From Nitrospirota bacterium (GTDB lineage: Bacteria; Nitrospirota; UBA9217): a DNA stretch of 64,000 bases. Both the position numbers and the translations under genes were made by a program. Positions 1 to 8,609 of the stretch are shown one piece after another; positions within the stretch are counted from its first letter, which is position 1, and each line of letters opens with the position of its first letter. Below the pieces are notes generated by a model. The model had not been told where the DNA came from. It saw nothing but the letters and a program-made list of their open reading frames with translations, and did not search any database. Location: the NCBI GenBank assembly GCA_963737155.1, contig CAVTRN010000002.1, positions 2,016,001 to 2,080,000 on the forward strand, in the 5' to 3' direction.

Positions 1-902
1 GTGAGGCCAAATTGCCTGCCGATGCTGTCCAGTGTATGCGGATCCTGGGTGTTCAGACCGTAGCGCATCTCAATGATGCTTCGTTCCATGGACGGCAATT
101 CACTGATCCATCCTCCGATATACTTGCTCCGGCTCTGCTCCTCGCTTGCGGAGGATGGCGCTGGCATATTGTCGTCTCTCAATAAGTCCTTCAGGGTGTC
201 TTCGCTATCACTGTTGATCAACATATCAAGGGAGTAGGTCTCCCGGGCCAACTGGGCGACAGCCCTCACGCGCTGGACGCTCACGCGCATCTTTTCGGCT
301 ATTTCCTCGTGAGACGGATCGCGGCCGAGAATCTGCGTCAGTTTCCTGACCGTGCGGGTATAAAAATTCACCAGCGCCAACACGTGGACCGGCAGGCGAA
401 TTATCCTCACTTGGTTGGAGATCGCCCGTTCAATGGACTGTCTAATCCACCACGACGCGTAAGTGCTGAACTTGAAGCCCAGCTGATATTCAAACTTATC
501 GACCGCCCGGATGAGTCCGAGGTTTCCCTCCTGGATGATGTCGGAAAAGGTAAGACCGCGATTGATGAACCGCTTGCCGATGGCCACCACGAGCCGCAGA
601 TTGGATTCGATCATCCTGGAGCGCGCCTCCGGGTCACCGTCGGCAACGCGCTTGGCCAGTGCCTGTTCCTCCGCAAAGTTGAGGAGCGGTGATTTCCGGA
701 TCTCAATAAGATACATCTTGATCGTATCGAGATCGCTTGATGCGACTCCGTGGGCAAGTTTGGCGCCGACGGGCACAGCCTCTTCACGGCCTTCGTCGGC
801 AACAACGACTTCCCCGTACTCGCCCCCTTTACCCCAAGGGTCGTCGATAAATTGTTCTTGCAGTTGTTCTTCCTCAAATGCCGTAAATGTCTTGGTCGTC
901 AC
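1..902 (-). CDS. rpoS: Sigma-70 family group 2 (RpoS-like) sigma factor, runs off the left edge
   Basis: Manual translation from GTG at 902 (GGAGG RBS upstream): ...DTIKMYLIEIRKSPLL...MIESNLRLVVAIGKRFINRGLTFSDIIQEGNLGLIRAVDKFEYQLGFKFSTYASWWIRQSIERAI. Short N-terminus and RQSIERA favour RpoS over RpoD. Absent from the ORF track because there is no stop in the window. Confidence 0.85.
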   Translation of the reverse strand, partial: MTTKTFTAFEEEQLQEQFIDDPWGKGGEYGEVVVADEGREEAVPVGAKLAHGVASSDLDTIKMYLIEIRKSPLLNFAEEQALAKRVADGDPEARSRMIESNLRLVVAIGKRFINRGLTFSDIIQEGNLGLIRAVDKFEYQLGFKFSTYASWWIRQSIERAISNQVRIIRLPVHVLALVNFYTRTVRKLTQILGRDPSHEEIAEKMRVSVQRVRAVAQLARETYSLDMLINSDSEDTLKDLLRDDNMPAPSSASEEQSRSKYIGGWISELPSMERSIIEMRYGLNTQDPHTLDSIGRQFGL

Positions 903-925
903 TCTGCCTCCAAAATTTGTATTCT

Positions 926-1420
926 CTAGACGATGGTTGCCGGCTTTTGCCAATAGCTATTAGTGTCAGTCATGTGTTTCATACTCAATCGTTCGTATCC
1001 TTGCAGTTTGCCGTGGTCTTTGGGGACCAAGGCTTCCAAGTTTGTACGCCGGTTTGCTCTCAATGCCACTTTCAGAATCGATTTGGCGATGCTTTGCAGG
1101 TCCAACGGCTTTTCAATATAGTCGGCGAATCTCAGACCCGTCAACTGCCCTTCCATGGCATCGCGGGGACACGCGGACATGACGATTACGGGAATGTGGG
1201 GATATGTTTTATCCATCCAAGCCGGCAAAGCATATCCACTCACACCGGGCATATTCAATTCTGTGACCACTACGTCGATAACCGCGGTCTTCAATATCTC
1301 TAGCGCCTTTGAGACGCTGTTCGCCGTGTATATACGTATTTTCATTGTACTTAATCGGAGTCCTTTAGCAAGAGTCCCCAAGAAAAACGCTTCGTCGTCA
1401 ATTAATAGAACATCCGTCAC
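926..1420 (-). CDS. Response regulator receiver-domain protein (atypical, phosphoacceptor Asp replaced by Glu)
   Basis: VLLIDDE...DVVVTELNMPGVSG...VIVMSA...YIEKP receiver motifs. Confidence 0.85.
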   Translation of the reverse strand: MTDVLLIDDEAFFLGTLAKGLRLSTMKIRIYTANSVSKALEILKTAVIDVVVTELNMPGVSGYALPAWMDKTYPHIPVIVMSACPRDAMEGQLTGLRFADYIEKPLDLQSIAKSILKVALRANRRTNLEALVPKDHGKLQGYERLSMKHMTDTNSYWQKPATIV

Positions 1421-1524
1421 TGTTGACTCTCCTTAACCTTCATCTAGGCAATATTTGAGCAGTTAATATAGCGTCCTCATTCCGACGATTGTGCTAACCG
1501 CCAACCCGTTCAATTCTATTCCCC

Positions 1525-1716
1525 CTATCTCGTCCGAGCCGCTCGTATCGCATCCAAGATTGCTGTGAATACACTGGGGTTGAACCTGATGCCCGACTCT
1601 ACGTAGAGCAATCTCATTACAGCGTTCAATACATCGAAATAGTCGGACCTCAGATCTTTTCCAAGTCCTCTGGCCTTACACTCCTCCTCGAAGAGCAAGA
1701 CTCTTTCAACCTCCAT
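1525..1716 (-). CDS. Small hypothetical protein (63 aa)
   Basis: ATG-initiated ORF co-oriented with the receiver and sigma genes; no recognised motif. Confidence 0.4.
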   Translation of the reverse strand: MEVERVLLFEEECKARGLGKDLRSDYFDVLNAVMRLLYVESGIRFNPSVFTAILDAIRAARTR

Positions 1717-2070
1717 TTACGCGTAGCATTTGTAGCTTATGCAGCCGCGCTCCCGCCGGTCGGGCCAAGTATCATTATTACCATTTGAAAGACCCCCTCG
1801 GGTTTTTTTAACAAGTGCGCATCGTTGCTATCATCGAATAGGATCGTCTGCTCCTGATCGCTCGATGATATCCGCTAATCTTGTACGAGCTGTTGTTGTG
1901 ATCTTTTATGTTTCCCTACCCCCTACAGTCACGACGCTGCAACGACGGCCGGGCAGCATCGGCAGGGACAGCCTGAACTAGCGACCGTTGGAGGCAATTT
2001 TCTGAATATGTTCTTTTTCGTTACCTCCTCAGTTAAATATAAAAAGACAGACTCTTAGAAGATATTTTAT

Positions 2071-2086
2071 ATCAACTTTTGTGCCA
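2071..2086 (-). promoter_or_regulatory. Candidate sigma54 -24/-12 promoter
   Basis: Minus strand reads TGGCAC-aaaag-TTGAT (consensus TGGCAC-N5-TTGC) and points toward the receiver/sigma genes. Confidence 0.55.
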
Positions 2087-2183
2087 GAGTAGAACTGCGA
2101 ACTATGCGGATATAATACGTTGATTGTGTGGGATAATATGGAAATTGAAGTTGCAGAGGTAAAGAAAAGCCGCTAAGGCAACC

Positions 2184-2215
2184 CGTCGTATTTGACAGAA
2201 ACGTCAAATACGACG
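2184..2215. promoter_or_regulatory. Perfect 13-bp inverted repeat, candidate enhancer (bEBP binding) sites
   Basis: CGTCGTATTTGAC-agaaac-GTCAAATACGACG, about 100-130 bp upstream of the sigma54-like site. A related TGTC-N5-GACA lies at 2249-2261. Confidence 0.5.
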
Positions 2216-2391
2216 ACCACGAGGAGAGAATATTTGGATCGGGGAGGTTGTCGGAATGACACTTATCAAGTCTGCCTGCAATTGTCTACTTGCGTTTTTT
2301 GGCGGCTTGAACTGACCCCCTCTGTTTAGACAAATTATGTTAGACTATCAGGCAGGATCCCCGGCCCGGGATGGGCAGAAAGGATCTTGTC

Positions 2392-4110
2392 ATGAGAAAA
2401 CAGAGAAGTTTCAGCATCGAGTTCAAGCGCCAAGTAGTTGAAGAATATCTGAGCGGTGCCGGTACTGCGGCCCAGCTCTGCCGAAAACATAGCATTTCTT
2501 CCGGACTTTTATATCATTGGAGACGGCAATATCTTAAAAACAGCTTTGAAGCCGATTCAGCCCGGGAAGTTGCCCAGGAAGAACGGATTCGCCTATTGGA
2601 ACAGGCACTTGAAAAAGCCCACCTGGAGGTTGAGTTTTTTATAAAAAGCTCTGCATCAGAGCTTCGAACAGTCCCGGAAAAAAGGAAGTTCATTACCGAC
2701 AACCGAAACTTTATCGAAACCCTCACGAGGGGGTGCGAACTCATGAACCTCCCTCGAAGCAGTTACTACTATAAGCCGAAGCTCCGGGAGATATCTCCTG
2801 AGGACCAAGCCCTTATCTCGCGGATCGAAGGGCTCGCCGAGGACTTCGCTACGTACGGCTACCGAAAGATCACGGCTCAGTTGCGCCGGTATGGCATTGT
2901 GGTCAACCGCAAGAAAGTTCAGCGGATCATGCGGGAAAAGGGTCTTTTTGCGAAGAAGACTCGACGGTTCGTCAAAACCACAGACAGCAACCACCCTTAT
3001 CCCGTATACCCGAACCTGCTCAAAGGCCTGAAGGTGACAGGCGTCAATCAGGCCTGGGTTGCTGATATCACTTATAGTGCGCCCAGCCAACGATACCTGC
3101 CTGTATGGGGGTGAAGTTGCTTGAGCATGTTTGGAATGCATTCTCTAAAGATGTAATAGTGAGCATGCCCTCTTTCCGCTACGGGAAGGAGTGAGCCGAA
3201 GCGGCGGTGATTTGCCGAACACTGGCAAGGTGACGAAGCCCGCAGGAAACGGGACTTGCGGCGAAGCGGTTACGCCAAGATGAGTCTCTAGGATGAGCAC
3301 GGGACGGTTGAGGAACACGAACCTATTGAAATGCATCTGAGGGTTGAAATGTCACCCCTGCCTACACCGCTTAACAGGCAGGATGCGGATTGGCACCAGC
3401 CATATGTAGGGAGCTGGGCTGCGAATGTTGACTGGATGAGTGAGCTGGTCAGCAGGGAGCCTCGGGAAGTGCGTAGCTAAACTGAGGCATGCGCAACGAC
3501 TTGCGGTACGCAAGGATAAAGACTGCTATAGGCAACCTCGCCCGTGCGTTTGAGTCCAACATGTGAACTGGGGAAGGCTTGCACAGATGCTAAGGGAGTG
3601 TGTCCCCGATGATGTGCAAGCTGGCGGAGCCCTCGTAGTAGTCCTAGGCCGGGAAAGCCGGTCACATGGCGAAGGGGGGCAGTTCAAGCAGTTTGCTAGG
3701 CTGCTTAGCTGACTTTAATGAGGTGAAGACCTCTGATAATCAGTGAAATGCAAAGCAAGCAGGCGAAGAGATTTCGCTTTTGCATTGAGCAATGCTTGGA
3801 TGGAGAGCCGGATGCGCTGAGAGGTGCAAGTCCGGTTCGGAGAGGAGAGGTCGGGAAATAGCTCGACTACGCCCGACCTCTTACTCTACTCCGAATCGTT
3901 GCTTCCTTCGTTTACCTTGCCGTCATTCTGGACCTGTACTCAAGGAAGGCGATTGGATACGCCATCTCCCGGTCTATCGATACGGACTTAAGCCTTGCCG
4001 CGCTTCAGATGGCCATCGAAACAAGGAATCCCCGTGCCGGGCTGATCCATCACTCGGACCGGGGCGTGCAAATACGCAGCACACGACTACGTTGACGTAC
4101 TCACGAAGAC
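2392..4110 (+). pseudogene. IS3 transposase OrfAB, exons 2392-3076 and 3890-about 4110
   Basis: Joining the exons gives ...VNQAWVADITY-IRIVASFVYLAVILDLYSRKAIGYAIS...GLIHHSDRGVQ, followed by a +1 shift and truncation. Confidence 0.9.
3077..3889 (+). ncRNA. Group II intron ribozyme lacking a functional RT/maturase ORF (813 nt)
   Basis: 5' end GTGCG at 3077; domain V GAGCCGGATGCGCTGAGAGGTGCAAGTCCGGTTC at 3805-3838 with AGC triad; domain VI stem with bulged A3883; 3' end CTCTAC. Removal restores the transposase frame exactly (TAT A|TC CGA). Confidence 0.95.
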
Positions 4111-4126
4111 ATCTGATTATAATCAG

Positions 4127-4444
4127 TCAAATATGAGCGAACACTCGTAATCTTTTTATCTTTTTTATCTCCTTTGCACTTGGTGAATGCCTTACATGAT
4201 ATAGGTCCCAAGCTAACTGCAAATTAAGCCAAAACTGCGCCTCTATGCCGAATAGTTTTTCTAAGCGAAGTGCGGTATCTGGTGTTATACCCCGCTTTCC
4301 ATGAATTAACTCATTAACACGCGGATATGAAACCCCGAGTTTATCTGCTAAATCACTCTGCGTTATCTTAAGTGGTTTGAGAAACTCTTCCAATAGCATT
4401 TCGCCAGGATGCGTCGGCGGACCATTTTTAGGTATGCGAACCAT
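4127..4444 (-). CDS. higA: HigA family antitoxin (HTH)
   Basis: PTHPGEMLLEEFLKPL...RVNELIHGKRGITPDTALRLEKLFG..AQFWLNLQ..WDL. Confidence 0.95.
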   Translation of the reverse strand: MVRIPKNGPPTHPGEMLLEEFLKPLKITQSDLADKLGVSYPRVNELIHGKRGITPDTALRLEKLFGIEAQFWLNLQLAWDLYHVRHSPSAKEIKKIKRLRVFAHI

Positions 4445-4463
4445 TTTTTACCTCCCTAATTAT

Positions 4464-4756
4464 TCAGTGGTAATCTGTAATTTCTGCGTTTTCTGCACCA
4501 TCGTCTGTCCAAACAAAACAAACCCGGAATTTATCGTTAATCCGTATGCTGTGTTGACCTTTTCTATCTTCCTTAAGGGATTCCAAATAGTTTCCCGGCG
4601 GAATTTTCAACGATTCTAAGGAAACGACACCATTGAGTTGGTCAAGTTTTCGCTGTGCCACTCGCCAGATTTGCTGCGGCAAGTCTGACGCGCTTCTCTG
4701 TTGTTTTTTCTGTCGAAAATAACTTCTGTGCCTTTGCTGCGAAACGATTTTATCAC
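4464..4756 (-). pseudogene. higB: HigB (RelE/ParE family) toxin with one frameshift
   Basis: GTG start gives MIKSFRSKGTEVIFDRKNNREARQTC; after a 1-nt shift near 4678 it continues PQQIWRVAQRKLDQLN...PPGNYLESLKEDRKGQHSIRINDKFRVCFVW...EITDYH. Confidence 0.85.
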
Positions 4757-4835
4757 CAGCCATCCCCTCTTTGGAACATCTTCTTATCAATATAATTATA
4801 ATCTTATAATATATATTAACCGTCTCATAATAGTA

Positions 4836-4864
4836 TTGACATAATCTTGCATCTGTGGTATAGT
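4836..4864 (+). promoter_or_regulatory. Sigma70 promoter of the IS630 transposase
   Basis: TTGACA-17 bp-TATAGT with upstream TG; -35 box overlaps the left IR. Confidence 0.75.
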
Positions 4865-4871
4865 ATTTCTC

Positions 4872-5900
4872 ATGAAGAAAAAAGCAGATGCGAGAAATCT
4901 TGACCATAAAACTCTGACTGAGCTGAGAAAGCGTGCGGTAAATAGTGTCCAGGAAGGACAAAGCCCCGAACTGGTGGCCAAAGCTCTGGGTATAAATCGC
5001 GTCACCATCTATGGCTGGTTGGCACGATATCGAAACGGGGGCTGGGGTGCTCTTGATGCCAACAAACGAGGCGGCCGTCCACCAAAAATGGATGCTAAGG
5101 CTATAGAGTGGGTTTATCGTACCGTGACCACGAAAAATCCGCTTCAGTTGAAGTTTACCTATGCCCTGTGGACAGCGAAGATCATTGGGCAGGTAATATA
5201 TAAGCGATTTGGTATGAGATTGAGCAAAGCATCCGTTTGTCGTTTGCTGGGACAGTTGGGATTGACTCCACAGCGTCCTGTTTGGCGTGCCTATCAGCAA
5301 AAGCCGGCAGCGGTTCAGGAATGGCTGGAGAAGGAGTATCCTCGGATACGAAGCATGGCGCGTCGCATGAAGGCTCAAATCTTCTTCGGAGATGAAGCTG
5401 GCGTTCGCTCTGATCATCATGCGGGCACCACTTGGGCCATGAAAGGTGAGACCCCGATTGTGAGCAGCACAGGAGCGCGCTTCGGATTGAATATGATTTC
5501 GGCTGTTAGTGCACAAGGCGAATTTAGGTTCATGGTAGTCAAAGGTCGCGTAGCGTCGCAGCAATTTATTGAATTCATAAAGCGGCTTATTCAAGGCAGC
5601 AAACGGATGATATTTCTCATCGTTGATGGTCATCCGTCACACAAGTCTCGCAAGGTTTCTAACTATATTGAAACCATTAAGGAAAAGTTTCGTCTGTTCT
5701 TTTTACCGCCGTATTCTCCAGAGCTGAATCCCGATGAGAGAGTCTGGAATGACCTGAAGAACAATGCAGTTGGTCGTCAGGCAATTAGTTCACCGGAACA
5801 ATTACATGGTGCAGTAGTCAGTCATTTGAGGTTTATCCAAAAGTCTCCTGATCGTGTGCGTGCTTACTTTAATAACGAGACAACAAAGTATGCGGCATAA
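4872..5900 (+). CDS. IS630 family DDE transposase
   Basis: N-terminal HTH; FFGDEAG, LIVDGHPSH, LPPYSPELNPDERVW motifs. Confidence 0.95.
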   Translation: MKKKADARNLDHKTLTELRKRAVNSVQEGQSPELVAKALGINRVTIYGWLARYRNGGWGALDANKRGGRPPKMDAKAIEWVYRTVTTKNPLQLKFTYALWTAKIIGQVIYKRFGMRLSKASVCRLLGQLGLTPQRPVWRAYQQKPAAVQEWLEKEYPRIRSMARRMKAQIFFGDEAGVRSDHHAGTTWAMKGETPIVSSTGARFGLNMISAVSAQGEFRFMVVKGRVASQQFIEFIKRLIQGSKRMIFLIVDGHPSHKSRKVSNYIETIKEKFRLFFLPPYSPELNPDERVWNDLKNNAVGRQAISSPEQLHGAVVSHLRFIQKSPDRVRAYFNNETTKYAA

Positions 5901-6228
5901 TTAATGTTAATACTATTATGAGACGATTAATAACGTTATATAGCAATATAAACCTCTGAATCGGAAATCTTTAGCGCTCAGGGCCACCTAATTATTAGGA
6001 TATCCATAATAGTAATATTTTCATTCGCTATCTTAAGATTAACAAGAGTAACTTGAAATATGTTGAGACAGTTATATCCGAAGATCAACTGATACAGGAG
6101 GGTTTATGCGCTGAGTGATGCAACCGATATTCTACAATTCTGATAGGGCACGATACTCATCAGCTACATCTACTAGAGTGGAATGGACAATTTATCAACG
6201 GACATGCAGTATTCTGGTTGTATCTCAG

Positions 6229-6291
6229 CATTAGCCATGAGTTGAGGGTGCGGCCGTCTTTTGCCCGACCCTCTCAAACGACAAGTTATTA
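6229..6291 (+). repeat. Degenerate attC-like imperfect palindrome
   Basis: cattagc-catgag-TTGAGGGTGCGGC-cgtctttt-GCCCGACCCTCTCAA-acgacaa-GTTATTA. Bulged hairpin with GTT core; the left AAC core is mutated. Confidence 0.35.
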
Positions 6292-6594
6292 AAATCGTAT
6301 CTTTGAAATAAATTCTACTCAGCGAATCCTGAATTCAGAATTCTAAATTCCCTCGTCTTGCCATCTTTTTCGATAAGGATATTTGAGACAGAAAATATCG
6401 GATGTCGTGATACTTATTTTTTGTCTTTTGTCTCTTAATCAATTCTGCGTCAGGTAGGCTGTCGTTACAGGCAGGGGCCACATCTTCAGCTTGTTCTTTT
6501 GTCTACCTGTATCTCGCCAGCAGCAGACTCGGCAGTTGATCCGGTCTCTCGTCTCCCATATTAAGCTCATTGTCAATGAGCACCCCACCACTGT

Positions 6595-8170
6595 TTACTG
6601 CGCTTCTTCATTGCTTCCAATCGTCCTGTCATGTGTTTTATGCATGCTTCTTATGCCTCTTTTAGTTTCTTCCACATTCATCGAACGTGCCTGCTTCTCA
6701 AATACCTTACGGAAATGGTAACCGTAGATCGAGAGAGTGATAGCCTGTGGAAAGAGGCTGGGACGTCTGAATATCGTCCAGAACAAAAGCCTCCAATAAT
6801 GGAATCTTTCTTTCCCGATGATCCCGAGGACGACAATGGACTTGAAGAACGCGGCCAGGTAGTTGGGCCGAAATCGAAAGGGCATCTTTTTTTCTTTGGG
6901 GGGCATATTCCCTCAGAAATGTCCTGACCCTTTCATAGTAGCATCTGGGTGAATAGAGGGTGCTGAGTACCATCTTGTAGCCGTTGATCAACAGGTCATA
7001 GTCCATTCTGGGGATAAAATTGGTCGCGAAATCCGTATTGTCCCCCGAGGTCTCATTCAACAGTCGTTGCTCCTTTTTGAGTCTTTCGTAGAGTTTCGTG
7101 CGTGGAAGGGCAATGAGAATGCCTACCATTGCCGTTACAACCCCGCTCGCCTGGATAAATTTGATCTGGGTGTCGAAAATCGTAGGGGGGTCGTTGTCGA
7201 AGCCAACAATGAATCCGCCCTGCACCTCGATGCCGGATTTCTGGATATTCCTGACACTGGCCAGGAGATCGCGGTTCTTGTTCTGGAATTTGCTGCATTC
7301 CTCCAGGCTCTGCTCATGCGGGGTCTCGATGCCGACGAAGACGACATCGAATCCTGCCCTGACCATCATCTCCATGAGGTCTTTATCATCGGACAGTTCT
7401 ATGGATGCCTGCGTATTAAAAGTGAAGGGCTGCTTTCTCCTGTCCAGCCATTCGATGATGGCAGGGAGAATCTCCGCCTTCAGCTTTTTCTTGTTCCCGA
7501 TAAAATTGTCATCAACAAAGAAGACCTGGCCTCTGAACCCTGATGCGTAAACACTCTCGAGCTCCCTGATGAGCTGGTCTTTACCTTATGTGCGCGGTTT
7601 GCGGCCGCAGAGCAGGGTAATGTCACAAAACTCACAGTTGAAGGGGCAGCCTCGGGAATACTGGATATTGATTGAGGCATAGCGCTTCATATCGATGAGC
7701 CCCCAGAGCGGGATGGGCGTATCCTGTATGTTGGCCCACTGATCAGTGGTATAGAAATGGCCTGCGGCTCCATTCCGGAGATCTTCCAGGAAACGGGGCA
7801 TGGTGATTTCGGCCTCGTTCAGCACCAGATAGTCTACATCTCCGAACGTCTCATATTCGGTCGTGAAAAGAGGACCACCGGCGACAATTCTGACGCCGGC
7901 TGCCCTGCATCTCGCAATCACTCCTTTCGCCGATTCCTTCTGGACAGACATCGCGCTCACAAAGACAAGATCAGCCCATTTCAGGTCGTCGTCATGCAGT
8001 CTTTCCACATTCATGTCGACCATTTTTTTCTCCCACTCATGAGGAAACATCGCTGCAATGGTCAATAAGCCGAGGGGTGGACTGCTCGCCTTTCTGTGAA
8101 TGAATTTCAGGGCATACCTGAAACTCCAGAAGGTGTCAGGGAATTCAGGATAAATGAGCAGTGCTTTCAA
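6595..8170 (-). pseudogene. B12-binding radical SAM protein (DUF4070-type C-terminus), disrupted
   Basis: PPLGLLTIAA, SRGCPFNCEFC (CxxxCxxC), FFVDDNFIGNK, VFVGIETP. In-frame TAA at 7586-7588 and a frameshift in an A-run near 6890. Confidence 0.9.
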
Positions 8171-8609
8171 TGAACTCTCCTATCAATCTATTTGTTCTCT
8201 CTCGCTTGAAGAGGCTCTTCATGGATTTATATACCACTGATTTCTCAGATCTTTGTTATAAGCCGTTCCTCGGTCACTCAGCTATTCACAAAATCCTGCA
8301 GCTATCCACTGTGCGCCACGATAAAAGACTGACGCTTGAAAAAATACTTGCAGAATACCACTTCAAAATTGCACACGGGTTCGTCTGGCCGAAAGTGCAT
8401 AGTTAAGGAAGAATCCATAGTTTCTTTAATATATCATAGATCGCACAATACAGAGAGAATCTTTTGCATAGCGAATTGCCTCACAATAAATGTTACCCCA
8501 GTGAATTCCGAATATGTACTTATAGAAAAGTTCGTTCTCATTATAAAGTAAAAAATAATCCTAAAAATGGTAGTTGACGCGATAGTTTCTTACAAAATCA
8601 ATAAGATGC

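Larger units (their letters stand above)
2308..4110 (+). mobile_element. IS3-family insertion sequence, 3'-truncated and interrupted by a group II intron
   Basis: Left end TGAACTGACCCC at 2308, OrfA HTH and OrfB motifs. Homology stops near 4110, before the catalytic Glu, and no right IR is seen. Confidence 0.85.
4816..5930 (+). mobile_element. IS630-family insertion sequence, complete (1,115 bp)
   Basis: Imperfect terminal IRs TTAACCGTCTCATAATAGTATTGACAT / ATGTTAATACTATTATGAGACGATTAA; TA duplicated at 4814-4815 and 5931-5932. Confidence 0.95.

Noticed and set aside
309-963. Plus-strand ORFs 309-692 and 511-963, and minus ORF 611-877
   Set aside because: Antisense or off-frame shadows of the sigma factor gene.
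4105-4135. Resemblance of gaagacatctgattataatcagtcaaatatg to intron sequence gaagacctctgataatcagtgaaatg (3725-3750)
   Set aside because: Short, gapped and spanning the higA stop; most likely chance.
4464-5633. 389-aa minus-strand ORF
   Set aside because: Chimera of the IS630 antisense frame and the higB 3' half.
7586-7588. In-frame stop in the radical SAM gene as possible recoding
   Set aside because: It is TAA at an expected Lys position, not TGA or TAG; a nonsense change or read error.
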